From the IMG/VR virus record IMGVR_UViG_3300046167_000921, positions 32,001 to 96,000 of that record: a stretch of 64,000 nucleotides of DNA; one strand, written 5' to 3'. Source of the stretch: a virus. Below, in pieces: positions 63,799 to 64,000 of the stretch. A model generated the notes under the pieces. That model made no database searches and had not been told where the DNA came from. It worked only from the letters and a program-made list of their open reading frames with translations. A program made the translations under genes and the position numbers. Each line of letters starts with the position of its first letter. Positions within the stretch are counted from its first letter, which is position 1.

Positions 63799-63997
63799 CT
63801 TCCAATAAGATCTTGTAGTTGTTGCTGATCTCTCTCATCTCGTTATTCATCTGATCCGCCGTGATCAGATGATTCGCAGCGGCTTGTTTGAGTGCGAGCT
63901 GGTTTACTTGAAGAGACAATAGGAGAGCCGCAACTCTTGACTCTTCTACGGTTAAACCCTCAGAGGGAAGATCCCCGTAAGAGGAAGTCAAGGACAT
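63779..63997 (-). CDS. Hypothetical protein (may be 5'-incomplete at the window edge)
   Basis: 72-aa ORF. Confidence 0.45.
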   Translation of the reverse strand: MSLTSSYGDLPSEGLTVEESRVAALLLSLQVNQLALKQAAANHLITADQMNNEMREISNNYKILLEGEKDEH

Positions 63998-64000
63998 AAA

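Noticed and set aside
1-64000. Stop-codon reassignment (seen in some large phages)
   Set aside because: Long conserved genes are intact in the standard code, and TAA, TAG and TGA all end genes at sensible boundaries.
1-64000. tRNA, rRNA, integrase/IS, terminase, portal, tubulin or nuclear-shell genes
   Set aside because: None were recognised by eye in this window; a tRNA scan and HMM search would be needed to exclude them formally.

Overview
This window is a segment of a large (jumbo-type) tailed dsDNA phage genome with a contractile tail and an HK97-fold head, read in the standard code. The host is probably Gram-negative (inferred from an outer-membrane beta-barrel gene and a lipoprotein gene). 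Positions ~0.4-23 kb (+) are a virion module: a 1603-aa tail sheath, prohead protease, a very repetitive putative scaffold, decoration-like proteins, the major capsid protein and many K/E-rich unknowns. Positions ~23-64 kb (mostly -) mix DNA metabolism genes (SNF2 and UvrD helicases, TopIB, RecA, SbcC/SbcD-like, DnaX, SSB, ThyX, dNK, NrdB, GIY-YIG; RuvC lies in the left module) with transcription factors (NusG-like, double-HTH sigma-like) and accessory genes (class III cyclase, C5-MTase, pentapeptide-repeat cluster, 2H phosphoesterase, MazG-like, SLOG). The most notable observations are: (1) a dispersed gene set sharing a 12-bp upstream motif TAR-N4-TYTAT, often followed at once by a hairpin that sequesters the ribosome-binding site; (2) many of the encoded proteins carry shared short tags (R[IV]AxLE[KR]xA, R[VI]Ax[RK][YFH]-like, [KR]xA-S) that look like a head-targeting and protease-maturation code; (3) a C5-methyltransferase split over two overlapping reading frames with repeated target-recognition modules; (4) a putative scaffold with a canonical EF-hand pair and His/Met repeats; (5) an expanding pentapeptide-repeat gene array. 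All family calls come from motif recognition by eye; no database searches were run.
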